In this document: one piece after another, positions 1 through 13,004 of the stretch | Position numbering within the stretch: position 1 is the stretch's first letter | Layout of the letters: each line of letters starts with the position of its first letter | Origin: Raillietiella orientalis | Taxonomy: Eukaryota | Direction: 5' to 3' | DNA: 64,000 bases | Assembly: GCA_036172245.1 (NCBI GenBank) | Contig: JAYWIR010000107.1 | Location: 62,001-126,000 of the forward strand | Program-made: the position numbers and the translations under genes | The notes under the pieces: model-generated | What the model saw: the letters and a program-made list of their open reading frames with translations, nothing else | What the model was told of the DNA's origin: nothing | Database searches by the model: none

Positions 1-1
1 C

Positions 2-1027
2 GAGTGCCACTTGTGCGGGGAAAAGGGACACGTCCGTCGTGTGTGCCCTAAACGCCCCACCCCGGTGCCACCTGCTGCCAAAAAGGCACAGGCGAAAAAG
101 ATGAATAAGGTCGAAAGACCTCATCGCGAGAATGGCCGGCCCCAGCAGCCTTCTCCTCCTCCTCGAACCCAGGCGGCGGCGGAAAAAACCGCGAAAGACG
201 CGGGCAAGGAAGAAGGATGGACGCTCGTAAAGGCCAGAAAAGAACCCAAAAAGGGTTCGCAAGAGAAGGCGGAGAAAAAGACGGTCGCGAAGGCGAAAAA
301 ACCTGGTCCGCGATCTAAAACTCTCCGCGAGTGCTCGGTAGCACTGGAGCGCATCAGCGTTCCCGAGGCTGCCACCCGGGGCGACGAGCCTCTTCTCGCC
401 GTTTCCGCCGCGCCCGACGTTCGCGACGGCGAACCCTCTGTTTGCACAGAGGGTGAAACGCGCGACGCGCTCGCCACCGGCGAGGACGCCGCCTTCGCGA
501 AGGCGGCGGAGGAGCTCGCGGCCACGCTGGCTGAGCGTGAGAACCCCTCGCGCAAGGCCGTGCGAAGGCCGGCTCCAGTAAAGAATGCCCCCGCAGGTGA
601 GTTAGAACTGGGGGCCGGAAGTACATCCTCCTCCTCGGAAGCACCCCCCCGGAAGACGGGACGCAAGTCCCAAAAGCCGAGGAAGCGCCTCCCCTCCACG
701 AACGAGGAGGAGAAGCAGGAAGTCGCCGGCAGCGAGGGAATCCCGGAGGGAGAGCTCCCTCGCGCGGAAGCGGTCGAGCAGGACACCCCCATGGAGGAGG
801 GTGAGCAGGGGGGCGAAATCCCCCCTGCCGTCGCGGACCCTGAGGAGCCCACCCCTATGGAGGAGGGCCAGCAGGTAGGCGCGACCCCACCTGAGGGTGA
901 ACCGCCCGACGCGCCGTCACCGATGGAAGAGGGTGACCAGGTGCTAGAGGCACCTGTCCCTCCTCCTCCACCTAGCGTCCCGCCCCAACAGGTGGCGGAC
1001 GCCGCACAGCCGATTTTCCAGGAATAA
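2..1027 (+). CDS. A1 ORF1 (gag-like nucleic-acid-binding protein), C-terminal part
   Basis: Open frame starting CHLCGEKGHVRRVC (CX2CX4HX4C), followed by a Lys-rich then acidic/Pro-rich low-complexity tail with three PMEEG repeats. Confidence 0.85.
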   Translation, partial: ECHLCGEKGHVRRVCPKRPTPVPPAAKKAQAKKMNKVERPHRENGRPQQPSPPPRTQAAAEKTAKDAGKEEGWTLVKARKEPKKGSQEKAEKKTVAKAKKPGPRSKTLRECSVALERISVPEAATRGDEPLLAVSAAPDVRDGEPSVCTEGETRDALATGEDAAFAKAAEELAATLAERENPSRKAVRRPAPVKNAPAGELELGAGSTSSSSEAPPRKTGRKSQKPRKRLPSTNEEEKQEVAGSEGIPEGELPRAEAVEQDTPMEEGEQGGEIPPAVADPEEPTPMEEGQQVGATPPEGEPPDAPSPMEEGDQVLEAPVPPPPPSVPPQQVADAAQPIFQE

Positions 1028-4000
1028 CACCTGGGCTCGCCTGTCGCCATCGAAACCGCGTGGTTAGTTGGAACGTCAACGGGCTGCGCGACGACGGCAA
1101 CAGACGAGATACGGCCGACACCCTGCGTGACTTCGACCTGGCCCTGCTGCAGGAGATCCACGTGATCACCTCGGCAGACGTCCAGGAGATCGAGGCGATC
1201 GCGGGGGGTCGACTGTATTGGCGATGCGGCGCCCGCAACACCTGCGGGGTCGCGTTCTTCGTCAAGCCGGCCATCGACGCTGCCGTGAAGGGCGTACGCT
1301 TTGATGACGACGGTCGGGTCGGTCAGCTGATTCTCAGCTGCTCCGACTCGATCGAATTGATCGTCACGAACGTGTACGCCCCGAGCGGAAAAGGGGGATA
1401 CAGCGACCGTACCAGGCTGCTGGAAACCCTGAAACGCGATTGGCTGGCAGACACGAATGTGCGGAAGGCACACCTGATAGCTGGAGTCTTCAATCTCCGT
1501 CTGCTGTCAGGTGAGCCCGAAGCACCAGAACGCACGGCCAACGAGTTGTGCGCTGCCATGCGCACGCGCAACTTGTTGGCAGACGCGGAGGGAATGGACC
1601 GCAGCATCGACCACTTCTTCCTGGATGTCGACCTGTGCTCGCGGGTCGGCAAACGGGGAAAAGTTGCGTCGACGCTGTCGGACCATTCCAGGATCATCGC
1701 CGAGGTTTGCCCGCGCGACAAAGGACCCCCGTCCAGGGCGTGGCGGCTGCCTGGGGACTGGACGCGGCTCTCAGGTGCGAAAGAACGCCTTCGCGAATTC
1801 CTGAGAGGCGTCACCCTCCGCAGTCTCCAAGACTGGGACCTCTTCAAGGCCTCGGTCCGCGAGTTCTGCGAGGAGTTTCCCCTGCAGCGCCTGCCCCCCG
1901 GATTCGGGGAGGGGGCTCGGAACCAGCGGGCTTATCTACAGGCCCGCCGGTACGAGAGGACCCCGAATGTCCGTCGCCTCGCGGAATATCGAGCCGGGGC
2001 TTAACGCCAAGCCTGGCAATCCGGGTCGGCCAGCTTGCTGGACGACCAGGGCCGGGAGCGATCCGCCCCACCCGCGATCAGGCACCTCGTGCGACGTTAT
2101 TACTCCTCCCTCTACGCTAGGGCACCCCCAGAGCGGAACGCCTCGCGGCTCCTGCTCCCGGATGGAGCCCCGGCAATAGGGGAGGAGGAGAAGATCAGCC
2201 TCGACAAGCCTTTTTCTACCGGTGAAATTCTTGCCGGTATTAAAAGGCTCAGGAGGCGAAAGGCGCCAGGGGAGGACGGCCTGCCTGCGGAATTCTTTGA
2301 ATGTTTCGCGGCAGAGCTAGCACTCCTGGTGCTTCAGTTGACCGGGCTGATCCCCGACGAAGGCGACGTTCCCGCCTCGTTTCGGTCAGCCCGTGTGAGG
2401 CTCCTCCCGGAGGGAGGAGACCTGAGATCCTTGGGCAATTGGCGTCCGATCACAATCGTGAATACGGATGCCAAACTGATCGCTGGACTGTGGGCTTCGC
2501 GTCTAGGACAGGTGGCAGACTCCATAATTAGCCCGGAGCAGACGTACGCTGTTCCCGGGCGAAGTATGGATGCCAACCTGTTCTTCGCGAGCACATGGTT
2601 CCATGTGCAGCGCTGCCTGAACGACACAGGGGGAAAGATTGGCAACCCCACTTTGGGACCGCCAGCTGGGCTGGGAATGGATACCCGGGCTGGGAAGGGA
2701 GCCCTAGCGATCGCGGTCGATCTCCACAAGGCGTTCGACTGCGTAGACCAGGAGCTACTGTTGGAGCTCCTGGGTCGCATGGGCTTCCCACCCTCCCTTC
2801 TCTCCTACCTGCGCTCATGCTGGCGCAATGCCATTGTCAACATCGTCTTTTCCAGCCAACAGGTGTACGGCGTGCCGGTGCGGCGGGGCATACGGCAGGG
2901 CGATAGCCTTCGTCCCCTTCTCTTCAGCACCTACTTTGAGTTGGTGCTGAGAGCGTACAGGGTGACTTTGGCTGCCCTGCCCAGCTCGTGCCCCGGCACG
3001 CCCGCCGTTGCAGCATACGCCGACGATCTTCAGCTCATGTTGCCCATGTCCGCCCGGCAGCCGCAGTCGAGGATTTCTTCGACCTGCTAAGTCGTGGGAC
3101 TGGACTGCGGGTAAACAAGGCGAAGTCGTCGGTCGTACCGGTGGGTGCGACGTGGGTCGGACGGCCTTACTGGATCCGCTTGGGGATCCCCACGGCCAGG
3201 TACCTGAAGTACCTGGGTTTCCCGTTGGGGGACTTCTGCCTCGCAGAAGCCTGGTCAGGTCGTCTCCAGAAGGTAGAGTTGGCAATCGGCCCGTTCCTGG
3301 AAGGCAAGTTCCTTCTGCCGGAACGGGCCGCGGTGTGGAACGCCTTCGCGGCTCCCATCCTCCGCCCCTGCTTTTTGTGTGCCCCGTCCCCCGTGACATT
3401 AAAAAGAGGACAAAAGACCTACTCCGCATCGCCCTCTGGGGCAGCCTGGATGATTTATGTGCTCCTCGTCGGGACGGCGGTCTCGGCCTCCTGACGCTGG
3501 AGCGCCTGGAAATACAGCTGCGATGGCGCACCCTCGCCATCGCAGCAAAGTCATGGAGCACCCCTTGGTGCGTTCCGGCCCGAATCCTCGCCAGCCGTGT
3601 GTCCAGGACGCAAGGACTCGCGTCGTACCTTCTGTTCTCCGGCAGGAAGATGAGAAGATGCGGCCTTCTTCTTGGGCGCATGGAAGCCCTGGTCAGAGAC
3701 AACGGCTGGACGGTATGCAGCCCCACCAACTCCTCCGCCTGGCTGGAGGAATCCGTTGCGACGTAGGCGAAGCTGAACCTCGAGACTTCCCCTGACTGGA
3801 ACCGCCGGCGATTCGGCCCCAACGCCTGCTGCACACTGCGGACTATTCTGGAGTGTCCCGCCAGGAGCACGTGGGCGGAGACTACCCCCCTAGCTTCGAC
3901 CCTGCCCTTCCTACGAAGGGCTTTCACGAGCGGCCGCAAGCCAAAGTGGCAAGTCTCCTGCCGAATCGCAGGCAAGGAAAAGAAGATGAGCGGTTGGACC

Positions 4001-4603
4001 ATGGGAGAACTGGCAGATGCCACGACCCCGAGTGCCCTCCCGCGTGGACTTCGTCGATGGGGCGAGCTGCTCGGCATCCCGACGGATGACCTGAAGTGGC
4101 CCCCAATATTAATAGGATCCAGGCTTCTCCCCCTGAAGTGGCAAGAGTCGGCGCTGCTGCTGTTGCACTGGGGTGTACCCTGCAACGCGCGCCGCTTCCA
4201 CTGGACGCGGGGGAGTGTAAGGCCTGAGTGTGCCAGGTGTGGGAAGCGGGAATCGCTCCCCCACCTACTAGTTGACTGTGCTGCCCTCCGACCCCTGTGG
4301 GAACGGTTCGCGACGACCTTCGGGCTCCCAATGGGCAGCGCGCCCAGAGACGTTCTTCGGCCCCTCTTCGTGCGGGACGCCCTGCAGCCCGCCGCAGCCC
4401 TCGCAGCCCTCTGCTGCATCCAAGGCATCGCGGCGGCATGGAGCGACATTCGCGACGAAGGAGTGGATGCCAACGTGAGGGATGTCATCCCGTATGCGGT
4501 CTGCTTCATGCGGAGAGCAGCGAGATGGCCCCATCTGGGAAACATGAAGATGGACCTAGAGGGCATCCTGCGAAGGATGGACCCTCCTCTAAGTAGAACG
4601 TGA
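1027..4603 (+). pseudogene. A1 ORF2 (APE endonuclease-reverse transcriptase-zinc finger), disrupted
   Basis: APE motifs SWNVNG, LLQE, NVYAP, AG[V]FN, IDH, SDH; RT motifs WRPIT, DLHKAFD, GIRQGD, AYADD; ZnF CARC..HLLVDC. Stops at 2002 and 3764 plus frameshifts. Confidence 0.93.
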
Positions 4604-4837
4604 TACCTTCCCCTCCCACCAAACTCTTTTTGTTTTCCTTGATTTTTATTTTTAATTTTGTTTTGATCCCCATCCCCCTCCACTGCCTAGGAGCGTCACG
4701 CTGGGCTGCGTCCCGGCGTCCCTGCAGGTCCGGTGTTGTGTGGCCGTTAGTGGGGCCTTGTACCACGTTTTCTTCTGGAGTTTTATACAATAAACGCCCC
4801 GGGCGTACCCGGGTGGAAACCTCAACTCCCGCAAGTC

Positions 4838-5230
4838 GGCGACGCAGGGGGAACTGGTCGCAGAACTCCTGGACCGAGCGCTAGGTCCCAATCCTTGAGA
4901 TTACAAAAGGTGACACCTCTCAAGAATTCGCGAAGGTGTCCCCTCGCACGTGAGAGTCGCCTTCAGTGCCCAAGCAGTCGCCACGCCCTGGATGAAGGGC
5001 CCTTGTCGCGCAGGCACACCTCGAATATCAACCGGAAATGGTAAGACAGATCCTAAGAAACTTTCCTCCGTCTGAACAACCGTGAGCACAGGTAAACGAC
5101 CAAGAAGACGTCGATGCAGCAGACCATTTCCGAGAGATCTTCTAACAAGTTACGCGTACGCAAGGCAGCGCCCAACTCGTTAGCCGTCAGTTTCAATGCG
5201 TGTGGTTCACCTGATAGGCGGAGATTGAAG
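4838..5230 (-). mobile_element. Family A copy A2, distal part of the inverted 5' segment (C-half of APE to FPLRR)
   Basis: Minus strand reads FNLRLSGEP..ANEL..RTRNLL..EFCDQFPLRR, homologous to A1 1490-1890. Continues the A2 APE that is broken at 17837. Confidence 0.8.
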
Positions 5231-7431
5231 TTCATCACCCGGTCACGCCGGGGCGTTTATTAATAATAATAAACTGGTCAGGAACAATGTCCCTAACCAA
5301 CAGAACAACAAGGAACATAAAAAAATCACCGGCACGCAGGCCTGATAAACAAACCGCTCGCAGCGTGGGAGGAATGAGGGGAAACAAACAAAAATCAAAA
5401 ACTGTAGGGAAGGGGAACGGGTTTTTGGTTAGGCTCCGTACTCACGGGGATTATAACGACGAGCACCTGAAATGTTCCGGAGCCTATGGGGACGCGGGTA
5501 TAAAAAGAAAATACAAAATTAGTTTATGGAGGGTAGGGCAATGATCACCGGGCTGGCCGCTGCTGAGCGTGTGTAAATCGGCGGTGTATTGCGGCGAGAT
5601 TCCTTTTTGTCTCCTCTGTCAAATGAGGCCAACTAGCGGATGCTCCCATGTGGAAGGATGCTTTGCTGATTACCTCTTGATGCTGTCCGTTGATTACCAA
5701 CGCCTGGCGGACGGGAACTATCGCGCGTATTCAAGCGATGGTTGCAATCCTTGCGCTTAGGGACAGCCCGCTGGGCGTGCAGGATTGTCGCAGCAAGTCT
5801 CTTGCAGTGCCCAAGGGATGCACTAGTGCTGTTGCCAGCAAACGCTACAATCCATGTAGGATACCGCAGTCTAGAAGTAGGTGCAGGATCGACTCCGTCG
5901 ACCCGCAGCGAACCCAGTTCGCAGATGGAACTCCCCCGGAGTCTTGATGCCAACGCTCGTTACACCGAAAACCACAGTGAACTAAAAGCAGCACAAATTT
6001 TTGCCAAGCAAAAGGGAGCAGCGAACTGTCTACACACTGTAAAGAAACTACAGGTTCTTCTGGGGTGACAGCAAATTCTTGTGCCTACCTGAGGAGTCCC
6101 TTTGAAGTACAACGAGGAGTGGCGCGTCCGCCAAATCAATAGTCCTCCAGGCTCCGAGAAGTTTTCTTTTCGCCGCTATCGTGCAGGAAACCTACAACCT
6201 TGTTGGTTGGCAACTCTCGTTTCTTCCCCTAAAGGCAGACAGCGCTGCGGCGAGAGTCGAGGAAGCTAAGGTAGAAAAGTTCACCTCGTCCTGCACCAAT
6301 TCTTGCAAAGATCGCGGATGAAGACGGCGCAGTGCGCGAAGATCTTCAGAGCGCTTTCCTTGGAACACTGCATAGGATTCAACAAGCTCCTGCCGCCAAG
6401 CTTTGAAGTTCATTGGGCGGCAGGAGATCCACGAGTGAACTTCCAGAAGTGCGGTCAACTGCCGCAATGGAAACCCGAAATCCCGCTTTCTGTATTGGGT
6501 GCCCGGCAAAAGTGAGAGAAATCCTCCGCTGCCGGCGCATCTCGGAAGAAGAATGCGTGCTGGCACACACAGGGGGGATGTCCATAGCTGGGCACACAGT
6601 GCCAGCATTCGGAAGTGCACCTGCAGTCCGATTTGCTCCATTGTCAGGATACCCAAACCAGCATCCCGACGTGGAGAAACCAAATCTTTAAGGCGGATCC
6701 TGGATCTCGCCGGACAACAGAGAGAGTTCCTTAGCAGGCGTTTAGCCCGCTGTTTGGCCGCATAGGGTGGGTCCAAAACAAGAAACAGGGGACGGAGGAG
6801 GGTGGCAGCAAAAGTGTTCCAAATAGTCGCCCGTTCCTGCAAGGTAAACTTGCCGTTGAAGAACGGGCTGATCGCCAACACTGCTTCCTGAAGACAGTCC
6901 GCCTACGCTTCGGCTGCGCCGAAAGCGCTCAACCGAACGCCAAGGTACGTGAAGTACCCGCTTGTGAGGATCCCCAGGCAGAAACAGTCGGACTGCCCCT
7001 CCCACGACGTACCCACAGGGACGATCACGCTCTTCTCTCTGTTCACGCTCATGCCTGCTCCCCGACGAATCAGGTCGAGGAAATCCTCGACACTGGACGC
7101 CGGGGTGGACATGGGGAGCAGAAGAAGCAGGTCAGCAGCGTAGTCGGCCACGGCAGGCGTACCCGGGTAGGAGCTTCGCAAGTAAGAGAGCGTCAGCCTG
7201 TATGCTCCAAGCACCAACACAAAAAAGGTGCTGAAGAGTAAGGGTCTTAAGGTTTCACCTTGTCGAATGCCTATGCCCACGGGAACACCGTAGACGCGGC
7301 ATCCGCTGAAAGAAATACAGGTAAGCGCGTGGCGTCCGCTAGCGCGCAAGTAAAGCAGGAGATGCGCCGGAAATCCAATTGGTTCCAGAAGCTACAAGAA
7401 AAGCTTCTGGTTTACGCAGTCGACCGCCTTG
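5231..7431 (-). mobile_element. Family C copy C1, 3' segment (RT C-half to 3' end)
   Basis: GIRQGE, YAAD and post-RT homology; 3' signal AATAAA-CGC-CCCGG-CGTGA-CCGGG-TGA on minus strand at 5261-5235. Confidence 0.88.
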
Positions 7432-7444
7432 CGTGCTCCAGGGT

Positions 7445-7455
7445 GGACGTGTTTT
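7445..7455 (+). promoter_or_regulatory. Conserved 5'-terminal motif GGACGTGTTTT (candidate internal promoter element)
   Basis: Recurs within ~15 nt of the 5' end in families A, B, C and D, whose UTRs are otherwise dissimilar. Confidence 0.55.
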
Positions 7456-7527
7456 CTCGGTGCTCCTCGTGCCAGGAAGTCTCCCCCAGTGCAAGCGTCG
7501 TTTGGTTCGGCGGTCGATCAGGCAGCG

Positions 7528-9203
7528 ATGCCTGACGCGACCTCCAGAGATGGCCAGGGGGCAGCGGCAACGCCTCGCCCAGAGGCGATAAAGAGGCAAA
7601 GGGCGGCGGCAACGTCGCCCCCAGACGCGATGGAGGTGGGGGCATCCGCCCCTACAGAATCGGTCCCCGCTGCAGCGCGGGCGTGGAGCGCCGTTGTGTC
7701 GACGCCATCGCCTGCAGCCGCGATGGAATTGTCGGCCTATGAAGAGGAGGGGTACAACCCCTCATTGTTCTACAAGGTAGGCAATTTATATTCTTTGGAG
7801 AACGCGCGCAACTTCTCGGAGGGCATGCGCGCTCTCGATGTTAAAGAGGAGGAGCTGAGCGCTATGACCACCCGCAGCGAGGATCAGTACGTTGAGGTCA
7901 TCTGAAACAAGCAGAGCTGGCCCAACCACTGCTAAAAACCCCCGTGGTGATAAGGACGCGCAGGCTCCTCCCTATTACGGCGGACCGCAGCATGGTGGTT
8001 CACCTGTTGGGTGTCACCGCTCGGATGCGCAAGGAACAGGTTCGCGCCGCGTTGGAGGAATACGGAACGGTCAACGCGCAGTGCAAAAAAGGTAGTACTT
8101 TCAAGGACTACACGGAGCTGCAACACGGTTTCACTGCTGCGCGCGTGACCGTTCGCGAGGGCTGCACTCTTCCCCACAAACTGGTGGTCGAAGGCGAAAA
8201 CGTCGACCTCTGGTATGTGGGGAAGCCGAAATACTGTGGCTTCTGCAATACGTCGGGCCACCTCAAAAAGAGGTGTCCCAATGTGCAGTGCCAAGTATGC
8301 GGCACAATGGGCCACACGAGGGAGGTGTGCCCAAAAGCAGCAGTGCGGGTGGTTTCCAAGAGAAACCTTAAAAAACGCGCCCGGCTTCTGCAGAAAAGGC
8401 TAGCGGCGAAAGCTGCCGCGAAGGCTGTGCAACCCGCGTTCAAGACCCAGGCCGCACCCGAGATCCCGGTGACCGACGCCGAAAAAGTTGAGGGAGCCGG
8501 CCAAGAGACTGGGTGGCAAGTGGCAACGGCCAAAAAATCAAAGAACGAGAGGAGGATGGAAAAGAAAATCGCCTACCAACAGAAGAAGAAAGAGCAGGGT
8601 AGCGATATAATTAAAGAGTGCAACGTCGTTGTCGAACGCGTTCTCGATGTTGCCGAACGCTGCCGGAAAGAACTCGCCGCTACCGACGACCTCCCCTCTG
8701 TTGACACTGTCAACAGCGAGGGGAGCGAGCCGGCGGCGGCGTCCGTCATCGACACCACTATCGATGACGTAGCCTTCGCGCGAGCCGCGGAAGAGCTGGC
8801 AGCCTCGTTGCAGCCAGAACCCTCCAAGGCTGGCAAGAAGGCCGTATGGCGTCCGGCCTCCCCTCAGGAGTCCTCATCTTCCGACCCCGAGGTGGAGGCC
8901 GGAAGCGCAGCCTCCGTTTCCACGGCACCGCGCAAGAAGGCCGGACGTAAGTCCACAAAGTCAAGGAAGCTCGTCTCCCCCGTCGAAGGGGAAGAGTTGG
9001 CTTCCGAAAGCGAGGGTGCCATGAGCGTGGGAAACTCTCGGGACACGTCGCCCGAGAGACTCCCACGCGCGGACACGGAGGGGATGAAGGGTGTGGAGGC
9101 CGAACAGGTTCCTCAGGTGCCTGAGAAGGCCTTAACACCCATGGACATCCCACCCGCCTCGCAAGAGGAGGGCTCCCCCACACCTTAATCTTCCGAGCAG
9201 TAA
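7528..9203 (+). pseudogene. B1 ORF1 (two zinc knuckles), frameshifted
   Basis: AYEEEGYNPSLFYKV motif; CGFCNTSGHLKKRC and CQVCGTMGHTREVC; frameshift near 7905. Confidence 0.88.
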
Positions 9204-12200
9204 TGCCGGGAATCTCCTCCCGCCGTCGTCTGCGCATCGCCGTTTGGAACGTGAACGGCATGACAGACGCCGGCAGGAGACGAGACATGGCCGCCCTTCT
9301 GGAGTCCTACGACCTTGCGCTGCTGCAGGAGATCCACGTGATCTCTGCAGAACAAGCGCAAGAGATCGAACGGATCTCCGGAGGGGGGTATGGTACAGGT
9401 GTGGGAGAGCGAAAAGTTGCGGTGACGCCTACATGCTTCAGCCAGCCGTCGAGGCCGCGGCTCGGGGCGTGCGCTTCGACGATCACGGTCGTGTCGGTCA
9501 GCTGACTCTCAGGTGGTCCGACTCGACCGAACTGATCGTCACGTAGGTGTGCGCACCGAGAGGCGCGGACCTGATGACCAGGAGAGCGAGGAAAGAGTTT
9601 TTCCTTGCCCTGCATCGCGACTGGTTGACCGAGGCAGGCGTGCGAAATGCCCATCTGGTTGCAGGCGATTTCAAGGTTCGTCTGAAACCGGATGGGCCGA
9701 ATCACGAGCGTGACCTGGTCAACGAGGTGTGCGCGGCGGCGCACACTTGTAATTTGTTGGCAGGTGTACCAGGGATGGAGGACAACATCGATCACGTGTT
9801 CCTTGACGAGCATCTATGCACTCGTGTGGGCAGGCGCTCCATGTTGACGTGCGAGTTGTCCGACCATCGACCAATCGTGATTGAAATCCATCCGCGCAAC
9901 AGGGGCCTTTCCTCGACACCGTGGCGTTTGCCAGGGGACTGGCTGAAGCTCCCGGACTCGGCGGAACATCTCAGCACGTTCATACGGAGCTTCAGGCTGC
10001 GGAGACTCCACGATTGGGACCGCTTCAAGCGGTCGGTCCAGGAGTTCTGCGACCAGTTCCCTCTGCACCGCCTACCTACGGGTTTTGGGATCGGGTTCCT
10101 TAACGAACAAGCCTACTTGCAGGCTTGTCGTTACGCCAGTACCCGCGAAATCTGCAGGCTGGCGGAATACAAAGCGGGAGCCGAGAGGCAAGCCTGGCAG
10201 TGCGGATCGGCCAGCTTATTGGACGATCAAAGCCAGGAGCACTCGGCACCTCCCCAAATCCACTGCCTGCTGCGGAGTTACTACTCCTCTCTGCATGCCA
10301 GGGCACCTTTGGAGAGGAACGTCTAACGTGTTTTCCTTCCGGAAGGCACTCCAGCGTTCGGGGAGGAGCAGAGAAAGACCCTCGACGAGCCTTTCACGAT
10401 GGAGGAGATCCTCTCGGCCATCGGAAAGCTCAAGAGGCGAAATGCTCCAGGAGAGGAAGGCCTGCCCACGGAGTTTTATCAAACTTTCGCGGCTGAGCTT
10501 ACCCCCCTGGTACAGCAACTAACCTTGCTGATACGCGAAACAGGTGACGTTCCCTCCTCGTTTCGTTCGGCAAAGGTGCGGCTCCTCCCTAAGGGAGGAG
10601 TTCTGAGGAGCATGAACAACTGGCGTCCCATCACAATAGTGAATGCTGATGCCAAGTTGATAGATAAGGTTTAAGTTGAGCGTTTCGGACGGGTTCGCTA
10701 ACGCCTTCATCAGCCAGGAACAGAAGTATGCTGTTCCGGGGCGAAGCATAGGGGCGAACCTGTTCCACGCATCCACCTGGCTAGAGCTCCAAGATGAAAG
10801 GAGCTTCGTGCGCAGCCGGAATTTGGTGCGTGCGCCGGAAAGGGGTTGGATGATCGGGATAGGGGAGGGAGCCCTTTCGGTCGCAATCGACTTGCGAAAA
10901 GCATTCGATTGCGTCGACAAGAATCTCCTTCTGCAGCTTGTGGAATGCTTGGGCTTCATAGTCTCATTAGTGGCCTATCTGCGCTCCAGCTGGCGCGACG
11001 CGCTCATCAATGTTGCCTTCAGCGGGCAGACCGTGCACGGCGTGCCGGTTCGCCGTGGGATCCGGCAGGGAGACAGCCTCAGCCCCTTGTTCTTCAGTAC
11101 CTACCTTGAGTTGGTACTGAGAGCGTACAGGGGAACTCTGGCGCACCTGCCGCCCGAGTGTGCCGGTACGCCGGCCGTTTCAGCATACGCGGACGACCTT
11201 CTGCTGCTGCTCCCTATGTCCACCCCGGCTGCGGCGGTCAAGGAGTTCTTCGACCTGCTGCATCGGGGAACCGGACTTACGGTGAACAGGGCGAAGTCGT
11301 CCGTGATGCCAGTTGGTGCGGCGTGGGCAGGGCAGCAGGACTGGGTCCGTTTGGGGATCCCTACGGTGAGGTACTTCCAGTACCTTGATGTGCCGTTGGG
11401 GGACTACTCCCCTGCGGAAGCGTGGTCCGGCTGCCTTCAAAAAGTCGAGACGGCTATCGGTTCGTTCCGAGGCGGCAGGTTTTTCCTGCCTGAACGGGCC
11501 GAGGTTTGGAACACTTTCGCGGCTCCTCTCCTCCGTCCCCTGCTTTTTGTTTGCCCCCCCACAGAGAGAATTAAAAAGTGGACAAAGGACCTCCTCCGTA
11601 TCGACCTTTGGGGCAACGGGAGGGCCTGAGTCCGCTTAAAGGACTTTTGCGCTCCTCGTCGGGATGGTGATCTTGGCCTCCTGACGCTGGAGCGGCTGGA
11701 GCTTCAGCTCCAGTTCCGATTGTCGGCACACGTTCCAGAGTTTTGGTGCACCTGTTGGTGCATCCCTGCACGTCTCCTTCTCCAGCAAGCCACCGGCAAG
11801 TCGGGACTGACGTCGTTTCTTGCACTCCATCGAACCCGCATCAAGCGATGTGAGCTTCAGCTACGGAGGGTGGCTGCGCTGGCAAGGAAAAATTAAGAAT
11901 TGCACACCTCTCGCCCTTTGAACGTTAGTGCCTGGTTGCAGGAAACCGTTCGAACGTGGCGACAGTTCAGCATGCAACGCTCCCAACAGGAAGGAATGTT
12001 CGTGTTTGGAGGTTACAGAACTTGCACGCTACGCGAGATCCTGGATTATCCAAGGAAGAGAGCGTGGGCAGGAAGAACCCCCTTCGCTACTGCGCTGCCC
12101 TTCCTGATGGAAGATCTCGACAGCGATGTTGCGGCGAAGTGGGTGGTTACAGTAACCATCTCCGGAAAGGAGAAGAATGTAGAAGAGTGGACGACGGGTT

Positions 12201-12786
12201 AGTTAACAGACGCTGCGTCTACGAGTACGCCTCCCAATGGACTTCTGCGCTGGAGCGCGCTGCTCGATGTTCCCATTGAACATCTGAAGTGGCCCCCGGT
12301 GCTCATTAACTCTACCGCCCTCCGCTTAAAATGGCAGGAGTCGGCTCTCCAGTTGCAGCACTGGAAACTCCCCTGCAACGCCCGCCGGCATCACTGAACC
12401 TGGGGAGCGGTGGACCCAAATTGCGTCAGGTGTGGGGAACGGGATTCCCCCTCCTCCTGCTAGTAGAGTGTGTTGCCCTTCTGCCCCTTCGGTTCCGCTT
12501 TGCCGCGGCCATCGGAATCCCCTGCGGCAACCTCAGGGACGCACTAAAAGGCCTCTTCGTTGCCGACGCCCTTCGGCCAGCGGCCTCGTTAGCAGCTTTG
12601 TGCTGCCTACGCGGGATCGTCACCGCTTGCAGCAAGGCTACGGGAGGACAACGTGACCAGGGTGCCTTCCAGCCAGCCTTCCAGTTCCTGAGAAGGTCGT
12701 CCCGATGGCCCCACCTGGATCCAGGAATACAGAAGAAGCTTGCTGGCATTTTGCAAAGGATGCAACGGGTCCACCAGCAACTGTGA
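9203..12786 (+). pseudogene. B1 ORF2 (APE-RT-ZnF), multiple stops and frameshifts
   Basis: MPGISSRRRLRIAVWNVNG, LLQE, AGDF, IDH, SDH, WRPIT, DLRKAFD, GIRQGDSLSP, AYADD. Confidence 0.92.
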
Positions 12787-12973
12787 TCCCTTCCCTTATC
12801 CTCCCAACTTTTCTTTTCTTTTTTGTTTTGTTTTTTGTTTTTCCCCTTTCCCCCTGCTGCCTTGGTGGACCGTACCGGTCTGCGAACCGGTGAATCGGCA
12901 GACACTGTGTTTCTTCGTGCGTAACTGGAGCAATGGTCCAGCCACCGCACATCTTTGTAAAAGTTTATTTTAC

Positions 12974-13004
12974 AATAAACGCCCCGGCGAAATCCGGGTG
13001 AAAA
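12974..13004 (+). terminator. Representative 3' signal: AATAAA + 5-bp stem-loop + short A tail
   Basis: AATAAA CGC CCCGG CGAAAT CCGGG TGAAAA; 13 other copies or variants mark every LINE 3' end in the window. Confidence 0.85.

Larger units (their letters stand above)
1..4819 (+). mobile_element. L1/Tx1-like LINE, family A copy A1 (5' end outside window, 3' end complete)
   Basis: ORF1 tail with zinc knuckle, then APE-RT-ZnF ORF2, T-rich 3' UTR (4626-4665), and AATAAA-CCCGG-n6-CCGGG-TGGAAA terminus (4789-4819). Confidence 0.93.
7432..13004 (+). mobile_element. Family B copy B1, full-length LINE (~5.57 kb) with 12-bp TSD
   Basis: TSD TCGAcCGCCTTG (7420-7431) / TCGAaCGCCTTG (13005-13016); 5' motif, ORF1, ORF2, 3' UTR, hairpin and AAAA tail all present. 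Confidence 0.95.

Noticed and set aside
2000..3770. Alternative genetic code or programmed readthrough explaining in-frame stops
   Set aside because: Stops are of all three types, are not shared between copies and co-occur with frameshifts, which fits ordinary decay.
1060..4603. Prokaryotic RT system (group II intron, retron, DGR, CRISPR-RT)
   Set aside because: APE-RT-ZnF plus zinc-knuckle ORF1, AATAAA, TSDs and a Pol III SINE identify eukaryotic non-LTR elements; no repeat-spacer array or TR/VR pair was seen.
2815..4683. 622-aa minus-strand ORF and similar long antisense ORFs (121-1473, 15987-17027)
   Set aside because: Shadows of GC-rich sense ORFs; no motifs and not conserved between copies.
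4789..5261. Terminal inverted repeats of a DNA transposon or MITE
   Set aside because: These are two LINE 3' hairpin signals on opposite strands flanking an APE fragment.
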